From: Sphingobium sp.
Lineage (GTDB): Bacteria; Pseudomonadota; Alphaproteobacteria; Sphingomonadales; Sphingomonadaceae
Direction of reading: 5' to 3'
Length of the DNA: 64,000 nucleotides
Assembly (NCBI GenBank): GCA_036404995.1
Contig: DASWYL010000011.1
Coordinates: 995-64,994 of the forward strand
Shown here piece after piece: positions 36,480-45,901 of the stretch. Position 1 is the stretch's first letter, and every line of letters begins with the position of its first letter. The position numbers were made by a program, and so were the translations under genes. Below the pieces are notes generated by a model. The model saw only the letters and a program-made list of their open reading frames with translations. It did not search any database and had not been told where the DNA came from.

Positions 36480-37619
36480 TTATTCCGCCGCGACGGTGTG
36501 CACGAGCTCGCCGCCCATGGCCTCATGCAGGATGAAGCCTTCCAGCGGATCGAACTCACCGCGCCAGGGGGCCTTTTCCAGCGTTTCCAGCGTGTGCCGG
36601 TAGCCGGCCTCCCAGCGCTTGGCGATGCCGTCGCGGCTGAAGTCGATATCCTTGGCATGGTCCTCGTTGGGCAACGACGGCGCGAGCAGCCGGACGACAT
36701 GCATCTGCGTTGTGCAGCCATAGCTGGCGAGCTCGGCGACGCGATTGCCGTTGCTGGCGTCGGGCGGCACTTTCGCCGCCAGCTCCGCGACGACGTGGCG
36801 CAGTTTGTGGAGCTGACGCTGGCGGCGGATGTGAGTCGCGGTGCGCGAGCTGTACTGCAGGTCCTTCTGGCGGTTCATGACCTCCCAGATGGTCTGCGGC
36901 TCGCCGCCATCGGGATTCCAGAGGTGCACCGAAAAGACGAGGCCGCTTTGTCGGGGATGGTCGTCGAACACGACCTCGACCGGGGTGTTCGAGAGAATGC
37001 CGCCGTCCCAGTACAGCTCGCCGTCGATCCGCACCGCCGAGAAGGCCGGCGGCAGGGCGCCGGAGGCCATGATGTGGCGGACTTCGAGCCTGCGGTCGCG
37101 GCTGTCGAAATAGACCATCTCGCTCGAATGGACATTGGCCGCGCCGACCGTGAGGCGGATGGGGCCGTCGTTGAGCTGATCGAAATCGATGAGGTCGCTC
37201 AGCGCGTCGGCGAGCGGCTGCACCGAATAATAGCCCGCGCCCTCGCCGCCGAGCGGCGCGTGAGGACTGAAGAAAGCGGCTGGACGCGGCTGGAAGAAGG
37301 CGGGCACGCCCGTGCCGATCGACAGCATGTTGCGGGCTGCGGCGCTGAACCAATCGGGTAACGGCACGCCCATGAACTTGTCCCGTTCAACGCGCTTCCA
37401 GAAATCGCGCAGCTTCTCCATGCGCTCGCCCGGCTTCGACCCGGCGATGATTCCGGCGTTGATCGCGCCGATCGACGTGCCGACGATCCAGTCCGGCGCG
37501 ATGCCGGCCTCGTCGAGGGCCTCGAACACGCCGACCTGATAAGCGCCGAGCGCGCCGCCGCCCTGAAGACAAAGGACGATCTGGCCGTGCGTGGAAAGTT
37601 CATCGTGCAAGCTGGACAT
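36480..37619 (-). CDS. Patatin-like phospholipase with DUF3734 C-terminus
   Basis: QGGGALGAY, GTSIG, ASGALPP, DGG, KDLQYSSRT, KDIDFS. ATG 37619 after AAGGAG. Confidence 0.92.
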   Translation of the reverse strand: MSSLHDELSTHGQIVLCLQGGGALGAYQVGVFEALDEAGIAPDWIVGTSIGAINAGIIAGSKPGERMEKLRDFWKRVERDKFMGVPLPDWFSAAARNMLSIGTGVPAFFQPRPAAFFSPHAPLGGEGAGYYSVQPLADALSDLIDFDQLNDGPIRLTVGAANVHSSEMVYFDSRDRRLEVRHIMASGALPPAFSAVRIDGELYWDGGILSNTPVEVVFDDHPRQSGLVFSVHLWNPDGGEPQTIWEVMNRQKDLQYSSRTATHIRRQRQLHKLRHVVAELAAKVPPDASNGNRVAELASYGCTTQMHVVRLLAPSLPNEDHAKDIDFSRDGIAKRWEAGYRHTLETLEKAPWRGEFDPLEGFILHEAMGGELVHTVAAE

Positions 37620-38916
37620 GGTCGGCTCCTTGAGCTGCGCCTTTGAGAGGGATTGGCGCCGGGTTTGGTGAGATCTCGCCGGTGATGAGGCGAGCGTGGC
37701 GGGCAAAGGTGAGGTAATTCCAGGCGAGGCTCATCCCCACGGAAAGGCGATTGCGGAAACCGACCAGGAAATAGACATGGACTGTCGACCAGAGCAGCCA
37801 CGCGACGAAGCCAGTCACGCGAAGTCGACCAAAATCGATGACCGCCCGGCGACGGCCAATGGTCGCGAGATTGCCGAAGTGGCGATACCGGAACGGCACT
37901 ACGCACCGTCCTCTTTCGGTGGCCAGGATGGCGCGCGCGGCGTGCGAGCCCTGCTGCTTGGCGACCGGTGCGATGCCGGGCAGCATGCCGCCACGTCCGT
38001 CGGGGCAGGCTGCGGTATCGCCGATGACGAACACGCGGTCATCGCCGGCCAGACGCAGGTCACTCCCGATCATCACGCGGCCAAGGCGATCGCTCACAGT
38101 ATCGAGCCAGGTGGCGGCAGGCGACGCTTTGACGCCAGCAGCCCAAATGGCCGTGAAGGTCGGGATGACCAGATCGGCGAGTTCGACATGATCCTGCGCC
38201 ACGTGAACAACCGGTTGGCCGAGTTGAACCTCGACGCCAAGCTGCTCGAGCGCGCGCTTGGCATTGTCCGAGAGGGCAGGCGGGAAGGCCGTCAGCACGC
38301 GCGGCGCCCCATCGACCAGTACGACCCGCGAGCAATGCGGCGTAATCGAGCGGAAATCCTTGCTGGTGGAACGGTGGGCGAGCTCGGCGATGGCGCCGGC
38401 CATTTCGACCCCCGTTGGGCCGCCGCCGATCACGACGAAGGTGAGCAGCGCCTGGCGCCGGACCGGGTCGGTCTCCGTCTCGGCCAGCTCAAGCGCGAGC
38501 AGAATCTTGCGGCGGACCGCCGTCGCATCCTCGATGGTCTTGATGCCGGGGGCATGCTCAGCCCATTCGTCTCGGCCGAAATAGCTGTGGCGCGCACCCG
38601 TCGCGACGATGAGCCAGTCATAGTCGATCGCACGGCCTTCGCGCAGCATTACCCGCCGGTTCGGCCGGTCGATGCCGGTCACTTCCTCGAGCAGAACGCG
38701 CACGTTGGTCTGGTCGCGCAGAATGGAGCGGATCGGCCCGGCAATGTCGGCGGGCGACAGCGCGCCCGTCGCCACCTGATAGAGCAGGGGCTGGAAGAGG
38801 TGATGGTTGCGCCGGTCGATCAGCGTGACATCAACGTCCGCGCCGGCGAGCGCGCGCGTCGCCGCGAGCCCGCCGAAACCGGCGCCGATGATGACGATGT
38901 GCGGGCGACGGGCCAT
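37600..38916 (-). CDS. Type II NADH dehydrogenase (NAD(P)/FAD oxidoreductase)
   Basis: GAGFGG, FQPLLYQVATG, GGGPTGVEMAG, WAAGV, IGD, APVAKQQG. Confidence 0.92.
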   Translation of the reverse strand: MARRPHIVIIGAGFGGLAATRALAGADVDVTLIDRRNHHLFQPLLYQVATGALSPADIAGPIRSILRDQTNVRVLLEEVTGIDRPNRRVMLREGRAIDYDWLIVATGARHSYFGRDEWAEHAPGIKTIEDATAVRRKILLALELAETETDPVRRQALLTFVVIGGGPTGVEMAGAIAELAHRSTSKDFRSITPHCSRVVLVDGAPRVLTAFPPALSDNAKRALEQLGVEVQLGQPVVHVAQDHVELADLVIPTFTAIWAAGVKASPAATWLDTVSDRLGRVMIGSDLRLAGDDRVFVIGDTAACPDGRGGMLPGIAPVAKQQGSHAARAILATERGRCVVPFRYRHFGNLATIGRRRAVIDFGRLRVTGFVAWLLWSTVHVYFLVGFRNRLSVGMSLAWNYLTFARHARLITGEISPNPAPIPLKGAAQGADHVQLAR

Positions 38917-38941
38917 CGTTCCTGCTCCCTGGCGGCTGCGC

Positions 38942-39766
38942 CTATTGAGCCGTCCAACCGCCATCGACGGGAATGGCCGCGCCGGTGATCGAAGCTGCGC
39001 CAGGCGAGGCCAGGAACCGGGCCAGCGCGCCGATCTCGTCGACCGTGGCGAAACGCTTGCTTGGCTGTGCTGCGAGCAGGACATTCTCGATTACGTCGCT
39101 GCGATCGATGCCGCGCGCGCGGGCGGTGTCGTCGATCTGCTGCTCCACGAGCGGCGTCCAGACATAGCCCGGGCAGATCGCGTTGCAGGTGATGCCTGAC
39201 CGGGCTGCCTCCAGCGCCACTGTCTTGGTGAGCCCCACTACGCCGTGCTTGGCAGCCACATACGCGCTCTTGAACGGCGAAGCGACAAGGCCGTGCGCGG
39301 ACGCGACATTGATGATGCGTCCGAAGCCGTGCATCTTCATGGCAGGCAGTGCGGCGCGAATGGTGTGAAAGGCCGCGCTGAGATTGAGCGCGATGATCGC
39401 GTCCCAGCGGTCCGTCGGAAAATTCTCGATGGGGCTGACATATTGGATGCCGGCATTGTTCACGAGGATGTCGATGCGACCGAAATGGGCGATCGTGTTC
39501 TCGATCAGATCTGCTGCGCCTGCAGGGTCGAGCAGGTTCGCGCCGTCATAGATCACTGTGCCGCCATGGACGGCGAGATCGTCGCAGACCGTGTCGATGT
39601 CCTCGGCCTTACCAAGTCCGTTGATGACGACGTCCGCGCCAGCCTCCGCGAAAGCCTGGGCAATGCCCAGGCCAATGCCGCTGGTCGAGCCTGTGACGAC
39701 GGCGACGCGTCCTGAAAGCAGGGGAATTTCAATCGACGGCAACGTGTCGGTACGGGCGAGCATCAT
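38942..39766 (-). CDS. bdhA: D-3-hydroxybutyrate dehydrogenase (SDR)
   Basis: TGSTSGIG, NNAGIQ, ASAHGLVASPFKSAYVAAKHG, CPGYVWTPLVEQQI, DGGWTAQ. Confidence 0.9.
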   Translation of the reverse strand: MMLARTDTLPSIEIPLLSGRVAVVTGSTSGIGLGIAQAFAEAGADVVINGLGKAEDIDTVCDDLAVHGGTVIYDGANLLDPAGAADLIENTIAHFGRIDILVNNAGIQYVSPIENFPTDRWDAIIALNLSAAFHTIRAALPAMKMHGFGRIINVASAHGLVASPFKSAYVAAKHGVVGLTKTVALEAARSGITCNAICPGYVWTPLVEQQIDDTARARGIDRSDVIENVLLAAQPSKRFATVDEIGALARFLASPGAASITGAAIPVDGGWTAQ

Positions 39767-39839
39767 GACGGGCATCCTTCGGGCAAGGGTGAGCAACTGG
39801 ATTGCCCAGGAAAATGCCGCCTCGCGCGCTTCTACTGAA

Positions 39840-39876
39840 ATGCCTTCTCCTTGGGCTTTCCATGCCCTGCGGTTAT
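39840..39876 (-). promoter_or_regulatory. Four-box LysR operator facing bdhA
   Basis: Minus strand ATAA-N7-GCAT-N7-CCAA-N7-GCAT; third box degenerate. Confidence 0.5.
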
Positions 39877-39891
39877 GTCGGAGCGCCTGCC

Positions 39892-39928
39892 ATGCCCTTT
39901 GCGCATGTTACTGATGCCAGCTTAGAAT
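39892..39928 (+). promoter_or_regulatory. Four-box LysR operator facing the cupin gene
   Basis: ATGC-N7-GCAT-N7-ATGC-N7-GAAT. Confidence 0.65.
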
Positions 39929-40017
39929 TGGGATCGGATGACCTCCCTGCCGTAACGTTCAGGGCATCGGGACCTCCCCCATGGCCCGGTTCACGCAAAG
40001 TTTCAGGAAGGACTAAC

Positions 40018-40467
40018 ATGTTCACCAAGCCCCTTATGGCCGCTGCGCTTGGCTGCGCCGCCGCCCTCACTCTCACCGCCCCGGCCCTCGCCGGCGATTG
40101 CCCTCAGGGCAAGGAAATGGTCAATCCGCTGACGGGCGCGCCGACCGCGCCGGTCGGTGTCACCGACACCGTGATCGGCTCGATCGACCTCAACAAGGAA
40201 ATCATGGTCGACGGGCGCCTGCTGCGTACGCGTCGCCTGGTCGTTCAGCCCGGCGGCATCGTTCCGATGCACAGCCATGTCGGCCGCCCCGCGCTCATCT
40301 ATACCGTGAGCGGCACCATCGTCGAACACCGCTCGAGCTGCGCCGCGCCGATCGTCCACAAGGCCGGCGACATCGCCCGCGAGGCCGACGGCATTTCGCA
40401 CTGGTGGAAGAATGAAGGCAAGACCCCGGTCGTGCTTCTCTCTTCCGATGTGTTCAAGGGCAACTGA
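40018..40467 (+). CDS. Periplasmic cupin-domain protein
   Basis: Signal peptide, PGGIVPMHSH..RP, E and HWWKN cupin motifs, two Cys in the mature part. Confidence 0.88.
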   Translation: MFTKPLMAAALGCAAALTLTAPALAGDCPQGKEMVNPLTGAPTAPVGVTDTVIGSIDLNKEIMVDGRLLRTRRLVVQPGGIVPMHSHVGRPALIYTVSGTIVEHRSSCAAPIVHKAGDIAREADGISHWWKNEGKTPVVLLSSDVFKGN

Positions 40468-40659
40468 GCTCCCACCCGGTAGGCTTACCCCTCTGCCGGA
40501 ACCCTGGTGCTCCTGCCCTCGCCCCCAAACGGGAGCACCAGCCTTGTCCGGCCGCCGGAGAAAGGCGCGCGCAATCCATCATGCGGCGTCCGCCGGCGGC
40601 CGGAGCTTGGGGGGCACGAAACCCCATCCAGACCACAGCAGTTCGAAGGAGAATATCTC

Positions 40660-40935
40660 ATGAAGATCGTCGCTACCACGGCCTCGGCCGCGCTCATCGC
40701 ATCGCTCGCCGCCGGTATCGCCAATGCTGGCCCCGTCAAGCCGCAACCGAACATGGACAAGTGCTACGGCATCAGCCTTGCAGGCAAGAATGACTGCAAG
40801 GCCGGCGCTGGCACGAGCTGCGCAGGCACCAGCCGCGTCAACTATCAGGGCGATGCCTGGAAATATGTCGCGAAAGGGACCTGCACCAAGATCAAGACCC
40901 CCAAGGGTCTCGGCTCGTTGACGCCGAAGAGCTGA
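40660..40935 (+). CDS. bufA: Bufferin-type RiPP precursor (DUF2282/BufA1 family)
   Basis: ATG after AAGGAG. Signal peptide, then [25 protein letters not shown]...WKYV.KGTC (4 Cys). Confidence 0.88.
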   Translation: MKIVATTASAALIASLAAGIANAGPVKPQPNMDKCYGISLAGKNDCKAGAGTSCAGTSRVNYQGDAWKYVAKGTCTKIKTPKGLGSLTPKS

Positions 40936-40944
40936 GAGGGCGCC

Positions 40945-41778
40945 ATGACCCCGACCGCCGGACTGTCGCTCAAGGCGCAGCATCTGCATGAAGCGCTGGC
41001 TTCGCCGGCGGCGGGGCTGTGGTTCGAGGTGCATGCCGAGAACTACATGGTCGAGGGCGGCGCGCGCCTGGCGATGCTGGAAGCAGCGCGCGAGGCCCGG
41101 CCGCTCTCGCTCCATGGCGTGGGCATGTCCCTCGTCGGCACCGAGCTCCCCGACCCTGTGCACCTCGCTGCGTTGAAGCGACTCGTCGATCGGTTCGAGC
41201 CGTTTCTCGTGTCCGAGCATCTCGCCTGGTCGCGGCTCGACCGACGCTATTTTCCAGACCTGCTGCCCTTTCCAAGGACAAATGAAGCGCTCGTCCGCAT
41301 CTGCCGCAATATCGATCATGTCCAGACGGTGCTTGGTCGGCAGATTCTGATCGAGAATCCGAGCCATTACATGGCCATCGCCGGTCACGAATGGCGCGAG
41401 CAGGATTTCCTGGGCGAGATCGCCAGGCATACGGGCTGCGGCTTGCTGCTCGATCTCAACAATGTCGCGGTGAGCGGCCATAACATGGGCTTCGACCCGG
41501 CGCTCTGGTTGCGCTCCTTTCCCGCCGAACATGTCTGCGAGATCCATCTCGCCGGGGCGAGCGAGGACGCTGCGCTCGACCTGCTGATCGACAGCCACGA
41601 CAGGCCCGTCTCCGAGGACGTGTGGCAGCTGCACCGCCGGTTCGTGGAACGCCATGGGCCGCGCCCGACGCTGATCGAGCGCGACGGCACGATTCCGACA
41701 TTTCGCATGCTGATGCGCCAGCGCAATCGCGCAGCGGACAATCTCAGGATCAACCTGAAGGAGCTGGCATATGCATGA
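40945..41778 (+). CDS. bufB: Multinuclear non-heme iron oxidase (DUF692/MNIO)
   Basis: WFEVHAENY, SLHGVG, VSEHLAW, DLLP, LIENP, LLDLNN, EIHLAG, IDSH, LIERD. Confidence 0.93.
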   Translation: MTPTAGLSLKAQHLHEALASPAAGLWFEVHAENYMVEGGARLAMLEAAREARPLSLHGVGMSLVGTELPDPVHLAALKRLVDRFEPFLVSEHLAWSRLDRRYFPDLLPFPRTNEALVRICRNIDHVQTVLGRQILIENPSHYMAIAGHEWREQDFLGEIARHTGCGLLLDLNNVAVSGHNMGFDPALWLRSFPAEHVCEIHLAGASEDAALDLLIDSHDRPVSEDVWQLHRRFVERHGPRPTLIERDGTIPTFRMLMRQRNRAADNLRINLKELAYA

Positions 41779-42502
41779 CCTTCATAGCTTCCAAGGTCAG
41801 TTCGTGAGTCTGATCGACCGACCGGAAGGGCCATTGTCGCCGCTGCTGGTCTATCGCAACACCAGCCTCAACGGTCTTACCGAAGCGCTTGCCGACAATT
41901 ATCCCGTGGTATGCGAACTGCTCGGCGAACAGCTGTTCGGCGCCCTGGCATTGGCCTTTGCCGAGACGATGCCGCCGGTCTCACCGGTTCTCGCCCTTTA
42001 TGGCGAAGGCTTTCCGGACTGGCTGGCCATGCAGCCCGTCGCCGGAGAGATCAGCTATCTCGTGGACGTCGCTCACTGCGAGCGGGCCCATGTCGAGGCG
42101 TTGTTCGCGGCGGACGCGCAGGCGCTCTCCACTGCCGATATTGCCCAAGTCCCGCCCGAACGATTGCTGGCGATGCAGTTCGCGCTGCATCCCGCCGCCC
42201 GTTTCGGCTGGCAGGCGACACCCGCCATCGATATCTGGCTTGCGCATCGCAATCCGGTCGAAGGCGAGATTGTCATCGACTGGCGCGCCGCCGGCTATCT
42301 GTTCACACGCCCCGAACTCGAAAGCCGCGCCCAGCCGATCGATCGGCCGGCCCATCGCCTGCTCTACGGCATTCGCCTGGGCGAGGTGCTGGGACATGCC
42401 GCTGCCGCCACGATCCGTCTCTATCCCGCCACAGACATTGGAGCCCTGTTCGCCTCGCTCGTGGCGGCCGGGGCCTTCATGACACCCATCAAGAGGAACT
42501 GA
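41771..42502 (+). CDS. bufC: MNIO partner protein (DUF2063)
   Basis: VYRN....L.EAL..NYP....LLG...F, P.SP.L..YG..FP.WL. Confidence 0.88.
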   Translation: MHDLHSFQGQFVSLIDRPEGPLSPLLVYRNTSLNGLTEALADNYPVVCELLGEQLFGALALAFAETMPPVSPVLALYGEGFPDWLAMQPVAGEISYLVDVAHCERAHVEALFAADAQALSTADIAQVPPERLLAMQFALHPAARFGWQATPAIDIWLAHRNPVEGEIVIDWRAAGYLFTRPELESRAQPIDRPAHRLLYGIRLGEVLGHAAAATIRLYPATDIGALFASLVAAGAFMTPIKRN

Positions 42503-42505
42503 GCC

Positions 42506-42970
42506 ATGAAAACGACCGTCGTCGAAAACGCGCCGGCGCCGTCCAGCTTCTATAATCGGCTGACCGATCTTGCCGGCACCATCCTTTCGCCCTCGTTCTT
42601 ACTGCTTGTGCAGAGGTTGGGCATCGCGTCGGTTTTCTTCCTGTCTGCCAGGACCAAAGTGGAAGGCTGGTTCACGATCAGCGACAGTACGTTCGAACTC
42701 TTCCGCACCGATTATGCGCTGCCCCTCATCCCGCCTGTGCAGGCCGCCTACCTCGCGACCTTCAACGAGCATGTCTTCTCGGTGCTGCTGGCGCTGGGTC
42801 TCGCGACCCGGTTCTCGGCGTTGATGCTGCTGGGTATGACGGCGGTCATCGAAATCTTCGTCTATCCCGATGCTTGGTCGACGCATCTGTCTTGGGCGGG
42901 TCTGCTGCTGCCGCTGATTGCCATGGGCGGCGGCCGCATATCCCTGGATCGGCTGATCGGGCTCAGGTGA
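42506..42970 (+). CDS. bufD: DoxX-family membrane protein
   Basis: R...A.VFF.S..TK, LF..DYALP, EH....LL.LGLATR, FVYP.AW..HL.W, G.GRISLD. Confidence 0.9.
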   Translation: MKTTVVENAPAPSSFYNRLTDLAGTILSPSFLLLVQRLGIASVFFLSARTKVEGWFTISDSTFELFRTDYALPLIPPVQAAYLATFNEHVFSVLLALGLATRFSALMLLGMTAVIEIFVYPDAWSTHLSWAGLLLPLIAMGGGRISLDRLIGLR

Positions 42971-43242
42971 GCCGGCCAACTAGTCTTCGAGCTGGGTTTT
43001 GGACGCCGAAGCGCCAGCATCTGCCAATCAAACCGAATAGATCCTTCCAGCATTTGTAACCGCAGGCGCCGTGAGACGAATGTCTCCCTGTCCGGCAGCG
43101 CAGCGTCTTACAGGCCAAACTGCCGTGCTTCTCAGCGGACATATTCGAGATTGGCCTCTTTCTTATCTCGCCGCACCACGATTGTCCGGAGGGGAAATTC
43201 GCCAGCTCACCTACGAAGGTGATCGATCTGTGACAGGGCGCC

Positions 43243-43400
43243 ATGGAAAATATGTGTATTCAGTTCGAGCCATTTATCAGCGATGACGAACGAAAGTTCA
43301 TCGTAGACGGCATCGACTATTACAACGTCGCCGCAACGGGTTTGCCCGATTGGTTCCCCATAAATTTCGTCTTGCGCGGCGAACGCGGCGACGTGCTTCG
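43243..43400 (+). pseudogene. 5' remnant of a GNAT acetyltransferase
   Basis: MENMCIQFEPFISDDERKFIVDGIDYYNVAATG...INFVLRGERGDVL. Similarity stops abruptly before the expected GG..G strand. Confidence 0.6.
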
Positions 43401-43495
43401 GAAGGTTGGGGATGGTGCTATTTCGACGAGGTCGAGATTGATTTCGAGGGCGATACGACGCCTCAGCGCGGCCCCATGCCGAAATATATCGACGC
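43401..43495 (+). pseudogene. 3' remnant of a UBP-type zinc-finger protein
   Basis: EGWGWCYFDEVEIDFEGDTTPQRGPMPKY resembles the conserved EGWGWCYxDE...TP..GP.P.Y C-terminus of bacterial zf-UBP proteins. Confidence 0.6.
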
Positions 43496-43552
43496 GTTCG
43501 GTCGACTGATCGAGTCTGCGATCAGAGGCTTGTCGCCCAAATTGTGATCTTC

Positions 43553-44539
43553 TCAGGGCGCGCTGCGATATTCGGTCGCGGACGCCAGGATGATCGTGAA
43601 ATCCTCTGCCAGATCGGTCCAGAATTTGACGGGCGTCCAGCCGCTGGCTTGAAGCAGCAGCCTCGCCTGGTCGGGCGTATATTTATGGCTGTTCTCGGTG
43701 TGGATCGTCTCGCCCCTCCGCATCTTGAAATGCGTGTCGGCGACGGCGAAGCTGAGATCCTCGATTGCTTCGAGGTGCATCTCGATCCGGCTCCAATCCG
43801 CATTCCAACGTGCGACATGGTGGAACCGATCGAACGGCATGTCTGCATCCAACTCGCGATTGATGCGCTTGACGAGGTTGAGGTTGAAGCGGGCGGTTAC
43901 TCCCTGTGCATCGTCATAAGCCGAGACCAGTCGTCCGACATCCTTCACCCGGTCGATGCCGATGAGCAGATGCGAACGGTTGCCGAGCGTATCTCGCATC
44001 GAACGCAGCAGGTCGACCGCAGTATGTGGCACGAGATTGCCGATCGTTGAGCCTGGGAAGAAGCCCAGCATGTCGAGATGCTGGACGCAGCTCGGCAAGG
44101 TCACCGGCCGCATGAAGTCGGCCTCGACCGGGACGATCGGCAAGTCGGGAAACTTGGCGGCCAACTCGTCACAGGATTGGCGCAGGAACTCGCCTGAAAT
44201 GTCGAGCGGCACATAGGCGGCCGCAGCGACCTCGCGCAGCAGCAGAGGCGTCTTGATCGAGCTCCCGGAGCCGAACTCGACCACGGCGCGATTGGGCCCG
44301 ATCAGCGCCGCGATCTCACGGCCGTGCGTCTCCAGCAGCCGCGTTTCGGTGACGGTCGGATAATATTCCTCGAGCTGGGTGATCTGCTCGAACAGCTCTG
44401 AGCCGGCCATGTCGTAGAACCAGCGCGCGGGAATCGCCTTCTGTCGCTCGGACAGCCCACGGAGCACGTCCGCACGGAAAGCGAGGTCGACGCCATCGGG
44501 GTCGTGCTCGACCAATTTGAGCGCGGCATGCACCGGCAT
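43553..44539 (-). CDS. egtD: L-histidine N-alpha-methyltransferase
   Basis: K.IPARWFYD..GS.LFEQIT.LEEYY, EFGSGS..KT, FPGSTIGN, AYDDAQGVTA.FN.N, IHTENSHKY. Confidence 0.95.
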   Translation of the reverse strand: MPVHAALKLVEHDPDGVDLAFRADVLRGLSERQKAIPARWFYDMAGSELFEQITQLEEYYPTVTETRLLETHGREIAALIGPNRAVVEFGSGSSIKTPLLLREVAAAAYVPLDISGEFLRQSCDELAAKFPDLPIVPVEADFMRPVTLPSCVQHLDMLGFFPGSTIGNLVPHTAVDLLRSMRDTLGNRSHLLIGIDRVKDVGRLVSAYDDAQGVTARFNLNLVKRINRELDADMPFDRFHHVARWNADWSRIEMHLEAIEDLSFAVADTHFKMRRGETIHTENSHKYTPDQARLLLQASGWTPVKFWTDLAEDFTIILASATEYRSAP

Positions 44540-44540
44540 G

Positions 44541-45827
44541 TCAGAGATCCTTTGCGAGACGCAGGCCAGTGAACTGCCAGCGCTGGTGAGGGTAGAAGAA
44601 ATTGCGATAGGAAGGGCGCACGTGCCCGCGCGGCGTCGCGCAACTTCCGCCCCGGAGCACGAACTGACCGCTCATGAACTTGCCATTATATTCGCCGACT
44701 GCGCCGGGCGCCGTCCGGAATCCCGGATAGGGGCGATAGGATGACCCGGTCCATTCCCACACATTGCCGAAGAGCGAAGAGAGTTCCCCGCTTTCCGGTA
44801 CAAAACGCGGCCGTACCGCGCCGGCGTGATCGAGCTGGATTCCGTTTGCCGGATCATGACCGCGTGCCGCGGCTTCCCATTCCTGCTCGGTGGGTAGTCG
44901 GGCGCCAGCCCAGGTTGCAAAGGCATCGGCTTCGTAGAGGCTGATATGTGTGACTGGTTCGGTGGGATCGACGGGCTGCCAGCCCGACAGTGTGAACTGT
45001 TCCCAGCCCAGATGATTGCGCCGCCAGTAGAGCGGCGCGTGGATACCGTCCTGGTTGACCCAGGACCAGCCGTCCGAGAGCCAGAGCGAGGCGGTCAGAT
45101 AGCCGTTGTCCTTGATGAAATCGAACCAGTCGCCGTTGGTGACGGGCCGGCCGGCCAACGCGTGAGGATGAAGATGGTGAAGATGGGCCGGCCCCTCGCA
45201 ATCGAAGGCGAAGCTGTCGCCGGCATGGCCGACCTCGACGACGCCGGTCTGGCCCGGATGCCATGTCGGCTCGGCGCCATATTGGCTGCCTGGCTCGCTG
45301 GCTTGGACCGGCCAGATGGCGGGCCCAAGCGGATTGTGGAAGAAGAGATGCTTGAGATCGGTGAGAAGCAACTCCTGATGCTGCTGCTCATGATTGAGCC
45401 CGAGCGCGAGCAGATCAGGACAGCGCTCCAGGATGAGCGGCATGGCCGACAGGATTGCTTCATCGACATGGCGACGATAATCGATGACCTCGGTAAGGCT
45501 CGGCCGCGTCAGCAGCCCGCGCTGCGGCCGCGCATGGCGCGCGCCTTCCGCCTCGTAATAGCTGTTAAACAGGAAGGGCCAGCGCTCGTCATGCAGGCGA
45601 TAGCCCGGCACATGATCGCGCAGGATAAATGTCTCGAAAAACCAGGTGACATGAGCGAGATGCCATTTTGCAGGCGAAGCATCCGGCATCGACTGCGCCG
45701 TTGCATCAGCATCGGAGAGCGTCGCCGCCAGATCGAGGCTGAGCGCGCGCACCGTGAGATAGTCTCTGCCAAGCCGCTCGACGCCCGCGCTCGAACCAGC
45801 CTGAAGACGTCCGGTCGTCCGGTTCAT
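44541..45827 (-). CDS. egtB: Ergothioneine biosynthesis sulfoxide synthase
   Basis: QSMPDASPAKWHLAH.TWFFE, HEQQHQE, FGE-like domain (RLPTE.EWE, GNVWEWT, YNGKFM, YRNFF). ATG 45827 after AAGGAGG. Confidence 0.94.
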   Translation of the reverse strand: MNRTTGRLQAGSSAGVERLGRDYLTVRALSLDLAATLSDADATAQSMPDASPAKWHLAHVTWFFETFILRDHVPGYRLHDERWPFLFNSYYEAEGARHARPQRGLLTRPSLTEVIDYRRHVDEAILSAMPLILERCPDLLALGLNHEQQHQELLLTDLKHLFFHNPLGPAIWPVQASEPGSQYGAEPTWHPGQTGVVEVGHAGDSFAFDCEGPAHLHHLHPHALAGRPVTNGDWFDFIKDNGYLTASLWLSDGWSWVNQDGIHAPLYWRRNHLGWEQFTLSGWQPVDPTEPVTHISLYEADAFATWAGARLPTEQEWEAAARGHDPANGIQLDHAGAVRPRFVPESGELSSLFGNVWEWTGSSYRPYPGFRTAPGAVGEYNGKFMSGQFVLRGGSCATPRGHVRPSYRNFFYPHQRWQFTGLRLAKDL

Positions 45828-45901
45828 CGTTTCACGCCCTCCTTTTTTTCGCGGGACCGTTGCGAGACCTGCGTCAGCCATACGAGCGGGCGCGAATTTG
45901 G

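Noticed and set aside
43553-45827. Selenoneine (senABC) cluster
   Set aside because: No SenB glycosyltransferase or SelD/SenC gene is in the window.
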